Part shown: piece after piece, positions 31,011-41,552 of the stretch
Position numbering within the stretch: position 1 is the stretch's first letter
Layout: the number at the start of each line of letters is the position of its first letter
DNA from: Lachnoclostridium sp. An14
Lineage (GTDB): Bacteria; Bacillota; Clostridia; Lachnospirales; Lachnospiraceae
Reading direction: 5' to 3'
DNA length: 64,000 nucleotides
Assembly (NCBI RefSeq): GCF_002160755.1
Contig: NZ_NFLE01000013.1
Coordinates: 11,906 to 75,905, forward strand
Program-made: the position numbers and the translations under genes
The notes under the pieces: model-generated
What the model saw: the letters and a program-made list of their open reading frames with translations, nothing else
The model's database searches: none
What the model was told of the DNA's origin: nothing

Positions 31011-31070
31011 GATTTTCGTGGGTTCAAATCCCACCGCATCAGGAATGCGTAGCTAAGCTTGGTATAGCAA
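31011..31070 (+). ncRNA. tRNA-like fragment downstream of rtcB (T-arm + acceptor-3'-like strand, then a D-arm-like hairpin); candidate Y-RNA-like or tRNA-derived element
   Basis: GTGGG-TTCAAAT-CCCAC (canonical T-loop) followed by CGCATCA-G, but no complementary 5' acceptor strand upstream. Nine nt later comes GCTA-AGCTTGGTA-TAGC (D-arm-like with GG). Antisense ORF …MGFEPTK… Not a complete cloverleaf by eye. Confidence 0.35.
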
Positions 31071-31420
31071 TCGTAAGGCATTGCACCACAGTGCCCCATC
31101 TATCAGGAAGGGAAGGAAAGCGCCCCAGGCTCCGGCCGGAACCAGACGAAAGGAAGGGAACGGCAGCCCTCCTGCCGGCCTGCGCCGCCTTAGTCACGGC
31201 CGTTTCCACGGCAGGGCAGACGGAATTTCCCTCCGGACAGCACCATCGTCCGGAAGAAATCCCGTTCCCCCTGTCCGGGAGGAAACGGCCCGCGGGACGG
31301 CCCCCGGCAGAGGGTGGAGCGGGGCACGTTCCTTTCTGTGACAGGAAGGAAAAGAAATGCCGGTGAAACGCGGCGCCTGTTCCCTGGAAGAATGACGGGA
31401 CATGGTTCAGGAGGAAGAAT

Positions 31421-32581
31421 ATGATAAAGAAAGTGATTATGAAGGATCAGGAATGTGGATATTTGTTGAGAAACGGGAAATATGAGCGGCTTTTGACGGC
31501 GGGGGTCCACTGGATTTTCCCGGCCTGGGGCTGCGAGGTGAAGAAGGTTTCCATGAAGGGGGAGGTGGACAGAAAGGGCATTCCGGAGGATGTGCTCATG
31601 AAGGATCCGGAGTTTGCCTCCAGGGTGGTGAAGACAGTGCTGCCGGACACCTCCATCGCCATCCGCTTTGTAAACGGCGCCTTCCACGAGGTGCTCACCA
31701 AGCCGGAAAACCTGTTCTGGAACGTGTTTGAGCGGAACGAGTTTCAGACGCTGGACATCACCGCCACGGATATGGAGGAGGTGCTGCCGCGGATGTACCT
31801 GGAGCTGATGCCGCCGAAGTTTTACAAGCGGTTTACGGTGAAGGAGGGAGAGGCGGGCCTGCTCTACATAGACGGCCGGTATGAAAGGCGGCTGGAGACG
31901 GGAACCTACTATTTCTGGAACTACGGCAGGGAGGTCACCATGCGTACCGTGGACCTGCGGGTGCGTCAGATGGAGATCGCCGGTCAGGAGATCCTGACAG
32001 CGGATAAGGTAGGAGTGCGGCTGAATGTGGTGTGCAGCTATCAGTTCACCGACCCGGAGCGTCTGGTAGCCACCATGGAAAACCCGGAAACGCAAGTTTA
32101 CGCCTTTGTCCAGCTGATCCTGCGGGAGTATGTGGGAAATTACCGGCTGGATGAGCTGTTAGCCAGGCGGGAGGAAATCGGCCGTCTCGTCTGGGAGCGG
32201 ATGAAAGAGCAGGGAGAGCGGTACTGCGCCAGGTTCCTCCTGGTGGGAATCAAGGACATCATCCTGCCGGGGGAGATTCGGGAGATTATGAACACGGTGC
32301 TGGTGGCGGAGAAAAAGGCCCAGGCCAACGTGATCATGCGCAGGGAGGAGGTGGCGTCCACCAGGAGCCTGTTAAACACCGCCAGACTCATGGAGGAGAA
32401 CCGGGTGCTGTACCACTTAAAGGAAATGGAATACTTAGAGCGGATCTGCGATAAGGTGGGTTCCATCTCTGTGGCCGGCGGCCGGGGAATCCTGGAGCAG
32501 CTGGGAGAGATGATGGGAACGAAGGAAAATGTAAAAAAACTCTTGACATTTTGCGGCCTCTTTGATACGATGAAAATGTAA
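31421..32581 (+). CDS. SPFH/band-7 domain protein (stomatin/flotillin-like), no obvious TM segment
   Basis: 386 aa. The central SPFH core …VGVRLNVVCSYQF…LDELLARREEIGRLVWERMKEQ…IKDIILPGEIREIMNTVLVAEKKAQANVIMRREEVASTRSLLNTARLMEE… matches the band-7 pattern; coiled-coil C-terminal region. Confidence 0.8.
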   Translation: MIKKVIMKDQECGYLLRNGKYERLLTAGVHWIFPAWGCEVKKVSMKGEVDRKGIPEDVLMKDPEFASRVVKTVLPDTSIAIRFVNGAFHEVLTKPENLFWNVFERNEFQTLDITATDMEEVLPRMYLELMPPKFYKRFTVKEGEAGLLYIDGRYERRLETGTYYFWNYGREVTMRTVDLRVRQMEIAGQEILTADKVGVRLNVVCSYQFTDPERLVATMENPETQVYAFVQLILREYVGNYRLDELLARREEIGRLVWERMKEQGERYCARFLLVGIKDIILPGEIREIMNTVLVAEKKAQANVIMRREEVASTRSLLNTARLMEENRVLYHLKEMEYLERICDKVGSISVAGGRGILEQLGEMMGTKENVKKLLTFCGLFDTMKM

Positions 32582-32617
32582 AAACATTTTGACATTGTAG
32601 AAAGGAGGCTGCTTTTT

Positions 32618-32941
32618 ATGAGGACAGCAACCAGTGTGATCGCGGTGGTGCTTTTTGTATTTTTGGGGATTTTTCTGGCCTGTGTCATTTCCATCTGCGC
32701 CATGCTCATTTCCCTGAGCCGCCAGGGGGATGAGAGGCGCCAGCTCATCCTTTCAAAGGCCAGCAGCCAGACTCTTTATATCACCGTCGGATTCCTCCTT
32801 CTCTCCAATATCGGGCAGATCGTGGGGATCGCCATGGGAGAGGGGACAGCGGAGGGGATCAATCCCTTTGTGATGCTGGCGGTGATTTCCCTGATCTTCG
32901 CGGTCTGCCTGCGGTTTTATAAGAGGAGGTTTGGAGACTGA
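32618..32941 (+). CDS. Small membrane protein (3-4 TM) forming a pair with the downstream XRE regulator
   Basis: 107 aa, hydrophobic helices; RBS AAAGGAGG; its stop overlaps the start of the HTH gene. Promoter-like TTGACA elements lie upstream (32543-32600). Confidence 0.6.
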   Translation: MRTATSVIAVVLFVFLGIFLACVISICAMLISLSRQGDERRQLILSKASSQTLYITVGFLLLSNIGQIVGIAMGEGTAEGINPFVMLAVISLIFAVCLRFYKRRFGD

Positions 32942-33134
32942 GATGGAGAACCGGATCCGGGAGTTTCGGAAGGAGCTGGGCCTGTCCCAGGAGGAGCTGG
33001 CCGCACGCTGCGGCGTATCCAGGCAGACGGTGAACGCCATTGAAAACAATAAATACGACCCCACCCTCGCTCTGGCTTTTGCCCTGGCAAGGGAGCTGGG
33101 GGTGACGGTGGACGGGTTGTTTTTGCCGTCCTAG
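32931..33134 (+). CDS. XRE-family (Cro/CI-type HTH) transcriptional regulator, 67 aa
   Basis: …LGLSQEELAARCGVSRQTVNAIENNKYDPTLALAFALARELGVTVDGLF… is a canonical HTH_XRE. Confidence 0.85.
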   Translation: METEMENRIREFRKELGLSQEELAARCGVSRQTVNAIENNKYDPTLALAFALARELGVTVDGLFLPS

Positions 33135-33437
33135 GGAGGCTGTTTTGGCAGCTGCCCGTCTGTTCTGAGGGAGAGGAACAGAGGAACAGAGGAACGGGAA
33201 GGGAAATTTGCGGGGATTTTGGGCATGATAAGGATAGGAGCCGGCCTGTAGGGCCCGAGTTCGCGGCGGCGCAGGGAAAAGGTTGCAGCATATCCTGTCA
33301 AAACCGGCGGGGCGCAGGATGGTTTTGACAAGTCCGGCAGGTTTCGGTAGAATAGAGGCAGTTGAGAATGGACGCAGGCGGGAATTGCCGCTGCCGGAAG
33401 GATATTCCCGAAAGGGAAGAACGGGCAAAGGCACCCC

Positions 33438-34913
33438 ATGAGACAGGAGGATGACAGGATGCAGGAGGAAAACACCAGAAGGAGCAGAGGGGAAATGGGG
33501 GAATCCAGACGGCCCCGGCAGGCGGGGCAGGTAGGAACTGTTTCCCGCGGCCGCAGCAGAGGGAGGGCAGTTTCCCGGAGGAGGAAAAAACGGGGGCCGT
33601 CTGTCCTGGCGCTGGGCCTTCTTCTGGCGATTTTATGTGTCGGCGGCGTGGGGGCTGCCGCCCTGCTTTCCCGCTCTCAGGGGCAGGGAGAGGAGGAACC
33701 TGGGAAAAGGATCCAGGGAGAGACCTTTCCGGGAGATCCGGGTGTTTCCGGCGAGAATGACGGTTCTGGAGCGGATCCGGCAGAGGGCGTCTCCGGCGGG
33801 CACGAAGGCGGGGAGAGCGGCGGAGACAGCAGCCAGAGAGCGGACACCTCCGGCACGGGCCGTTCCACCCCTCAGGAGCAGCTGGCAGCTATGACCCTGG
33901 AGGAGAAGGCGGCCCAGATTTTCCTGGTGACGCCGGAGGCCCTCACCGGCTACTCCCAGGTGACTCAGGCGGGAGAGGCCACCAGGGAGGCTCTGGAGAC
34001 CTATCCCGTAGGCGGCCTGATCTATTTTTCCCAGAACCTTCAGTCCCCGGAGCAGGTGAAGGCCATGACGGCGGGAGTCCAGGAGTACGCCAGGCAGATC
34101 CAGGGGCTGCCTTTATTTTTGGCCATTGACGAGGAAGGGGGAACAGTGGCCCGCCTGGGGAACCATCCGGCCTTCGGCCTTCCGAAAATCGAGAATATGG
34201 CAGAGATCGGGGCGAAAAAGGACGGAGAGCGGGCCTATGAGGTGGGAACGGTAATCGGTTCTTATTTAAAAGAATACGGGTTTAACATGGATTTTGCCCC
34301 GGACGCGGATGTGCTCACGGAGCCGGGAAACAGGGCCATCGGCTCCCGCTCCTTCGGAGACGATCCGGAGCTGGTGGCAGAGCTGTCCGGCCAGGTGGCT
34401 AAGGGGCTGCGGGAGCAGGGGATCATGCCGGTGTATAAGCATTTTCCAGGTCACGGGGCCACGGCGGGGGACACCCATGAGGGGTTCGCGGAGGCGGACC
34501 GGACGTTAGAGGAGCTGAAAGCGGCGGAGCTGATTCCTTTTCAGGCGGCGGCCCAGTCCGGGGCAGAGTGCATCATGGCGGCCCACATTTCCCTTCCCCA
34601 GGTGATCGGGGACGGGACGCCGGCGTCTTTGTCGCCGGTGATGCTCACGGAGGTGCTCCGGGGCGATCTGGGCTTTGACGGGCTGATTGTCACAGACGCC
34701 CTGAATATGGGGGCCATCACGGAGCACTACACCGCCGGTGAGGCGGCGGTAAAGGCCTTCCAGGCAGGAGCCGACCTCCTTCTCATGCCGGAGGATCTGC
34801 CGGCGGCTTACGAGGCCATTCTCCAGGCAGTGCGGTCGGGCAAGATCAGCGAGGAGCGGCTGGATCAGTCGGTGGGGCGGATTTTGGAGAGGAAGGCGGA
34901 GATGGAATGGTGA
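33438..34913 (+). CDS. Membrane-anchored glycoside hydrolase family 3 N-terminal-domain protein (beta-N-acetylhexosaminidase NagZ-like)
   Basis: Arg-rich cytoplasmic tail, one TM helix, Gly/Glu/Ser-rich linker, then a GH3 domain (…LAIDEEGGTVARL…, …KHFPGHG…, …GLIVTDALNMGAI…). Promoter TTGACA-17-TAGAAT at ~33333. The start may be an internal Met. Confidence 0.85.
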   Translation: MRQEDDRMQEENTRRSRGEMGESRRPRQAGQVGTVSRGRSRGRAVSRRRKKRGPSVLALGLLLAILCVGGVGAAALLSRSQGQGEEEPGKRIQGETFPGDPGVSGENDGSGADPAEGVSGGHEGGESGGDSSQRADTSGTGRSTPQEQLAAMTLEEKAAQIFLVTPEALTGYSQVTQAGEATREALETYPVGGLIYFSQNLQSPEQVKAMTAGVQEYARQIQGLPLFLAIDEEGGTVARLGNHPAFGLPKIENMAEIGAKKDGERAYEVGTVIGSYLKEYGFNMDFAPDADVLTEPGNRAIGSRSFGDDPELVAELSGQVAKGLREQGIMPVYKHFPGHGATAGDTHEGFAEADRTLEELKAAELIPFQAAAQSGAECIMAAHISLPQVIGDGTPASLSPVMLTEVLRGDLGFDGLIVTDALNMGAITEHYTAGEAAVKAFQAGADLLLMPEDLPAAYEAILQAVRSGKISEERLDQSVGRILERKAEMEW

Positions 34914-34918
34914 GAGCA

Positions 34919-34967
34919 GGAGCGAAATTTGTGAAAGACATACAAATTTTGCTCCTGTTTTTTGTTA
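34919..34967 (+). terminator. Rho-independent terminator after the GH3 gene
   Basis: ~16-bp stem CAGGAGCGAAATTTGT / ACAAATTTTGCTCCTG (1 mismatch) followed by TTTTTTG. Confidence 0.8.
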
Positions 34968-35014
34968 TAAATCACGTTGTTATACAGTGGAAAATTTGAT
35001 ATGATGATAACAGA

Positions 35015-35034
35015 TTTTGAAAGCGCTTTCAAAA
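35015..35034. promoter_or_regulatory. Palindromic LacI-family/cre-like operator TTTTGAAAGCGCTTTCAAAA upstream of the LacI-family gene
   Basis: Perfect palindrome with core TGAAAGCGCTTTCA (fits the cre consensus WTGNAANCGNWNNCW); ~20 bp upstream of the RBS. Confidence 0.5.
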
Positions 35035-35055
35035 TACACAAAAGGAGCAGAATCA

Positions 35056-36084
35056 ATGGCAGCATCCATCTACGATGTGGCGAAACGGGCGGGAGTATCC
35101 ATCTCCACCGTGTCCAGAATTTTAAACAACAGTGCAAATGTAAATGAAAAAAAGGCGGAGGCCGTCCGGGAGGCTATGGAGTATTACCAGTTTGTTCCCA
35201 ACCAGTTCGGGCGGGGGCTGGCAAAGCAGCAGTCGGAGATGGTTGGCGTCTACTTTCCTTATCAGCCGGATTCCATGTTTGAGAACGCCTACACCTTAGA
35301 GCTGTTGAAGGGGATTGAGAAGGTCCTGTCCGCCTGCGGCTACAGTATGGTGCTGATCGGCGAAAATCTGGACTATAAGAGCCGGAAGGCCTCTGAGCCT
35401 AAGTTTCTGGAATTTATCCGCCAGAAAAAGATCGACGGGCTCATCCTCAGCGGCGTATCCGACGAGGATCAGCTGAAACGGATCTGGCAGTGCATGGATG
35501 AAGATTACCCCATTGTGTACGTGGGACGAAAATTCCACGAGCGGGGGATGAACGTCTACGCCCAGCTGGAGACCTACATGGTGGAAATGCTCCAGGTGCT
35601 CTATGAAAAGGGGCATCGCCGGATTCTGTTTTACACCTCTTCCCTGCATCGGATCTATTTGGACAGCATTCTGAAACGGGCGAAGGAAACGATGGGAGAT
35701 CTGAATATCTTTCCGGTGGAAGGGGCTGATCAGGACTATCCCAGGGAGATGGTGCTGGCCGATTTAAAGGAGTATGTGGTGAAGAAGGGCTGTACGGCCA
35801 TCTGCACCTCTTTGATGGGCACAGCCCAGGGCATTTTAAACAGCTGCACGGAACTGAAACTTTCCGTGCCGGATCAGGTGTCCATTCTGGCGGTAGAGCA
35901 CCGTCTGGGGGCGGGAAGATTATTCTATCCTCAAATTTCAGCTTTTTACGTCCCAGCTCAGGATATGGGGCAGGGAGCGGCGGAGCTTTTGGTACGCCAC
36001 ATGGAAAAACGGGAGTTAAAGGAGACCTCCAGGGAATACATTACGAAATTTATAGAACGGGAGTCAATAAGGGCCATGGTGTAA
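35056..36084 (+). CDS. LacI-family transcriptional regulator
   Basis: MAASIYDVAKRAGVSISTVSRILNN… HTH_LacI plus a periplasmic-binding-fold effector domain. Start at ATG 35056 (RBS AAGGAG); the ORF is open from 35017. Confidence 0.9.
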   Translation: MAASIYDVAKRAGVSISTVSRILNNSANVNEKKAEAVREAMEYYQFVPNQFGRGLAKQQSEMVGVYFPYQPDSMFENAYTLELLKGIEKVLSACGYSMVLIGENLDYKSRKASEPKFLEFIRQKKIDGLILSGVSDEDQLKRIWQCMDEDYPIVYVGRKFHERGMNVYAQLETYMVEMLQVLYEKGHRRILFYTSSLHRIYLDSILKRAKETMGDLNIFPVEGADQDYPREMVLADLKEYVVKKGCTAICTSLMGTAQGILNSCTELKLSVPDQVSILAVEHRLGAGRLFYPQISAFYVPAQDMGQGAAELLVRHMEKRELKETSREYITKFIERESIRAMV

Positions 36085-36114
36085 CAGCCGGAAACCCTTT
36101 TGATTATCCCATTT

Positions 36115-36142
36115 TTGAAAGCGCTTTCTGAAAGCGCTTTCA
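36115..36142. promoter_or_regulatory. Two tandem/overlapping copies of the TGAAAGCGCTTTC(A) operator upstream of the sulfatase gene
   Basis: tttTGAAAGCGCTTTCTGAAAGCGCTTTCAaaag. Same core as the site at 35015, between the LacI gene and the sulfatase operon. Confidence 0.5.
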
Positions 36143-36230
36143 AAAGAAGAAAGCAGAGAAGAAACGAGGCAGAAACAGGCGGGCGGCCGCCCTGAAAAGC
36201 CGCAAATATAAAACGAAAGGCAGGAACCTT

Positions 36231-37727
36231 ATGAAAGCAATCATGGTGATGTACGATTCCCTGCGGAGAGATCTGCTGGAATCCTACGGCTGTGACTGGA
36301 CCATCACGCCGAACTTTAAGCGTCTGGCGGAAAAGAGCGTCCAGTTTGAGCAATGTTATGTGGGAAGTATGCCCTGTATGCCGGCCCGCAGGGAGCTCCA
36401 TACGGGAAGGGTAAATTTCTTTCACCGCAGCTGGGGGCCCATGGAGCCCTTTGACGACTCTATGCCGGAGATCTTAAAAAAAGGCGGGATATACACCCAC
36501 CTGGTGAGCGATCACCAGCACTACTGGGAAGACGGCGGATGCACCTATCACAACCGATACAGCTCCTGGGAGTGTGTACGGGGACAGGAGGGGGACCTGT
36601 GGAAGGCGGATCTTAGCTGCCGCTATGACAAAAAGACCGTATTTAAAAACAAGGAGGTCATGCTGGAATATCCCCCTTATTCCCGGATGATGGCCCAGGA
36701 TCTGGTAAACCGCAGCTACATGGACACGGAGGAGAAAACCTCCCAGGCGGTGACGTTCCAGGGAGGTCTGGAGTTCATAGAAAAGAACCACGGAGAGGAT
36801 GGTTGGTTTCTTCAGATCGAGACCTTTGATCCCCATGAGCCTTTTTACAGCTTAAAAGAGGACAAGGCCCTCTACCCCCACACGTTTTTGGGGGACGGGG
36901 AGATGGAGGCGGACTGGCCGCCCTATGCGCCGGTGGCGGAGGATGAGAACACCATCCAGCACGTGCGGTGTGAGTACGCCGCCCTTCTCACCAAATGCGA
37001 CCGCTATCTGGGAAAGGTGCTGGACCTTATGGACCGGTACAATCTGTGGGAGGACACGATGCTCATTGTAAACACCGACCACGGGTTCCTGCTGTCGGAG
37101 CACGGCTGGTGGGGGAAGACCAATATGCCCATTTATGAGGAGATCGCCCATATTCCCCTGTACGTATACGATCCCAGGAGGAAAGAGCTGGCGGGAGCAA
37201 AGCGGCATTCCATCGTGCAGACCATTGACTTAGCCCCCACCCTGCTGGAGTTTTTCGGAATGGAGATCCCGAAGGATATGGAGGGAAAACCGCTGTGTCA
37301 GGTAATGGACCGGGATGAGCCCATCCGGGAATATGCAGTGTTCGGCTACCATGGGAGCCAGGTGGACGTGACCGACGGACGGTATTACTACCTGCACGCG
37401 GCCAGCCATCCGGAGGCTCCGGTGTACGAGTACACTCTGATGCCCACCCATATGCGCTGTATGTTCCAGCCGGAGGAACTGGCGGACATGGAGTTAGCGG
37501 GCCCATTTTCCTTCACGAAAGGCTGCAAGGTGATGAAAATCCTTTCCAAAAACCGCATGGGGGACACCACTTCCTTCGGATCGGCCCTTTACGATCTGGA
37601 ACAGGATCCGGGCCAGAGCTATCCCATAGAGGACGAGGCTGTCCGAGCCAGGATGATGGGCTATATCCGGGAGTATATGGAGAAAAACGAGGCTCCTGAG
37701 GAGCTGTATGACCGGTTGGGACTCTAA
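36231..37727 (+). CDS. Sulfatase (formylglycine-dependent, Cys-type; arylsulfatase family)
   Basis: 498 aa; sulfatase signature …SMPCMPARRELHTGR… (C-x-P-x-R) near the N-terminus; alkaline-phosphatase-superfamily metal-binding residues (…VSDHQHY…, …NTDHG…). No signal peptide, so likely cytoplasmic. Confidence 0.9.
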   Translation: MKAIMVMYDSLRRDLLESYGCDWTITPNFKRLAEKSVQFEQCYVGSMPCMPARRELHTGRVNFFHRSWGPMEPFDDSMPEILKKGGIYTHLVSDHQHYWEDGGCTYHNRYSSWECVRGQEGDLWKADLSCRYDKKTVFKNKEVMLEYPPYSRMMAQDLVNRSYMDTEEKTSQAVTFQGGLEFIEKNHGEDGWFLQIETFDPHEPFYSLKEDKALYPHTFLGDGEMEADWPPYAPVAEDENTIQHVRCEYAALLTKCDRYLGKVLDLMDRYNLWEDTMLIVNTDHGFLLSEHGWWGKTNMPIYEEIAHIPLYVYDPRRKELAGAKRHSIVQTIDLAPTLLEFFGMEIPKDMEGKPLCQVMDRDEPIREYAVFGYHGSQVDVTDGRYYYLHAASHPEAPVYEYTLMPTHMRCMFQPEELADMELAGPFSFTKGCKVMKILSKNRMGDTTSFGSALYDLEQDPGQSYPIEDEAVRARMMGYIREYMEKNEAPEELYDRLGL

Positions 37728-37857
37728 GGGCGAGAACGAGAACGGAGGAAACCAGATATTGCCAGGCTGTCAAAAATGTGGTTCCATTTGAGATGGATGT
37801 CAGGATGGGCCTGGAATTGAAAAAATGGTCCTGCAGGGACCGGGAAAGAAGGTATTT

Positions 37858-39222
37858 ATGGAAGTAAAGTATGCAAAAGCGAAGTTTGTGGATGTGTTTA
37901 AGTATTCCTTTGGTGGGTTGGGATCCAATCTGGCATTTTTCCTGACTATGTCCTACCTGACATTTTTCTACACGGATATTTTTGGCATCAGCAGTATGGT
38001 GGTATCCGGCCTGATGCTGGTATCCCGGTTTATTGACGCCTTTACCGATCCGGTTATGGGTATGATTGGCGATCACACCCGTTCCAAGCTGGGCAAATAC
38101 CGCCCCTGGATCATTTACGGGGCTCCGGTGCTGGGGGTGCTTGTGTTCCTGCTGTTCACGGCGCCGGACCTGTCCCCCAACATGAAAATCGTGTATGCCT
38201 ACGTGGTTTACATCGCCTATTCCCTGGCATCTACGGTGGTAAACATTCCTTACCACTCCTTGACCCCAGTGATGTCCCAGGATCCCGATCAGAGAACGGT
38301 GATTGTTTCCTGGAAACAGGGGATGGGAACGGTTTCCCAGTTCATCGTTACCGTCCTGGCTCTGCCGTTAGTGGAGCTGTTCGGCGGCGGGAAACAGGGC
38401 TGGGCCATTTACGGCGCCTTCATCGGCATCCTCACCACCGTGGCCTTCTGGATCTGCGCCTGGGGAGGCAAGGAGTACGATCTCTGTGACATGGAGGAGG
38501 AGAAAAAACCTTTCAATATGCTCCATGACCTGAAACTGCTGATGAAAAACCGTCCCATGCTCATGCTGATGATCGCCTTCGGAACGGACGTGTTGGCCAA
38601 CGCCACTTACAGCGCCGTCAATATGTACTATTTTAAATACGTACTCCACAGAGAGGACCTGGTGGCTCCGGTGGCATCTGCCATCCTTTTTGCCGGCATT
38701 GTCTCCATCCCCCTTCTGCCCGTCCTGTCGAAGTGGATGGGAAAGAAAAAGCTCTACTGGCTGGGCAGTTTCTTCTCTATTTTCCCGCTGGTAGTGATGT
38801 GGCTGCGGCCCACCGCCGGGGTGTCCGTTCTCATGAGCATGATGGCTGCCTTCGGTTTTATTTCCAAAATTCCCTCTAACCTGGGCTGGGCCATGCTGCC
38901 GGAATGTTCCGACTACGCGGAGTGGAAATTTGGTCAGAGGGCGGACGGGCTGATGTCTTCCTCCCTCACCTTTATCAACAAATTCGGCATGGCCATCGGC
39001 GGTTTCATCGCCAGCTTTTTCTTAGGGCTGGTAAACTTCGTGCCCAACCAGGAGCAGACGCCCGCCGTCCTCTCCATGATCGTGTTCCTGCGGTTTGGAA
39101 TGCCGGTGTTAGGCTATGTGGCATCTCTGATTTCCATGGTGTTTTATGACATTACCAGCGAAAAGTACGCCCAGATCCGCAGCGAGCTGGACGAGAGAGC
39201 CAGGAAGGGGGCCGGAAGATGA
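37858..39222 (+). CDS. Glycoside-pentoside-hexuronide (GPH):cation symporter family transporter (MFS)
   Basis: …LAFFLTMSYLTFFYTDIFGIS…DPVMGMIGDHTRSKLGKYRPW… is a classic GPH N-terminus (MelB/GusB-like); 12 TM helices. Start at ATG 37858; the ORF is open from 37825. Confidence 0.85.
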   Translation: MEVKYAKAKFVDVFKYSFGGLGSNLAFFLTMSYLTFFYTDIFGISSMVVSGLMLVSRFIDAFTDPVMGMIGDHTRSKLGKYRPWIIYGAPVLGVLVFLLFTAPDLSPNMKIVYAYVVYIAYSLASTVVNIPYHSLTPVMSQDPDQRTVIVSWKQGMGTVSQFIVTVLALPLVELFGGGKQGWAIYGAFIGILTTVAFWICAWGGKEYDLCDMEEEKKPFNMLHDLKLLMKNRPMLMLMIAFGTDVLANATYSAVNMYYFKYVLHREDLVAPVASAILFAGIVSIPLLPVLSKWMGKKKLYWLGSFFSIFPLVVMWLRPTAGVSVLMSMMAAFGFISKIPSNLGWAMLPECSDYAEWKFGQRADGLMSSSLTFINKFGMAIGGFIASFFLGLVNFVPNQEQTPAVLSMIVFLRFGMPVLGYVASLISMVFYDITSEKYAQIRSELDERARKGAGR

Positions 39223-40133
39223 GAAGGTTTCTGGCGGTAGACATTGGCGGCACGGCGGTAAAATGGGCGGTGATGACCGAGGAGTTTCAGATCGGGGACC
39301 GGGGAGAATTCCCCACCCCCTACACCGACGCCCAGGATCTGGCCGGCCGCATCGCCGATCTCTGTAAAGAACGGCAGGGACAGCTTTCCGGTGTGGGCAT
39401 CAGCGTGCCGGGGACGCTGCAGGATGAGCCGGACGGCATCATTGACGGGGGAGGCGTCCTCCGCTACCTGCACCAGGTGCCCTTTGGGAAATTGGTGCGG
39501 GAACAAAGCGCCCTTCCCTGTTTCGTGGAAAACGACGGGAAAAGCTGCGCCCTGGGAGAATACGTGGCAGGCGCCTTAAAGGGCTGCCGCGTGGGCGTGG
39601 TCATGGTACTGGGAACGGGAGTGGGAGGCGGAATCGTCATCGACGGCCAGGTGTTTAAGGGCGTTCACGCCTTTGCTGGAGAATTCAGCTATTTATTTTG
39701 CCGGCCGGGGACCCGCCTGGGCTTTGGGGAGGATATTTTCGGATTTCAGGGAGGCTGGAAAAACGGCCTGTTATCTCTGATGCTAAAGAAAAAAGGGCTG
39801 CCGGCAGATACAAAGATGGACGGCCGGGAAATGTTCCGGCTGATTAACGGAGGAGATCAGGAGGGCATCGCTGCTCTGGAGGAGTATTGTCAGGGCATCG
39901 CTGTCCAGATTCACAATCTGCAGGCGATCCTGGATCCGGAGCTCTTTGCCATCGGCGGCGGCATCAGCAATCAGCCGGTACTCATGGAAAAGCTTGAGAA
40001 GGCCCTGGACGCCCTTTACGAGGGCACTGTGTTTACCCAGTTTCCCATCCCGAAGGTGGTCCGCTGTAAAAACGGCAGCGATGCCAACCTGCTGGGAGCC
40101 GTTTACCAGTGTATACAGAGAATGGAGAGGTGA
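39219..40133 (+). CDS. ROK-family sugar kinase (BglK-like beta-glucoside kinase / glucokinase)
   Basis: MRRFLAVDIGGTAVKWAVM… (ATP-binding DxGGT); ROK signature …VMVLGTGVGGGIVIDGQVFKG…; its start overlaps the GPH stop. Confidence 0.85.
   Translation: MRRFLAVDIGGTAVKWAVMTEEFQIGDRGEFPTPYTDAQDLAGRIADLCKERQGQLSGVGISVPGTLQDEPDGIIDGGGVLRYLHQVPFGKLVREQSALPCFVENDGKSCALGEYVAGALKGCRVGVVMVLGTGVGGGIVIDGQVFKGVHAFAGEFSYLFCRPGTRLGFGEDIFGFQGGWKNGLLSLMLKKKGLPADTKMDGREMFRLINGGDQEGIAALEEYCQGIAVQIHNLQAILDPELFAIGGGISNQPVLMEKLEKALDALYEGTVFTQFPIPKVVRCKNGSDANLLGAVYQCIQRMER

Positions 40134-41552
<1,419 letters not shown>

Noticed and set aside
30965-31042. A complete tRNA gene downstream of rtcB
   Set aside because: Only the T-arm and a 3' acceptor-like strand are canonical. 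No complementary 5' acceptor strand, anticodon arm or correctly placed D-arm could be formed. Kept as a tRNA-like fragment, not a tRNA.
31190-32095. 301-aa minus-strand ORF overlapping the SPFH gene and the rtcB downstream region
   Set aside because: Antisense GC-rich artefact (Arg/His/Pro/Leu-rich). The SPFH reading frame on + has clear domain similarity.
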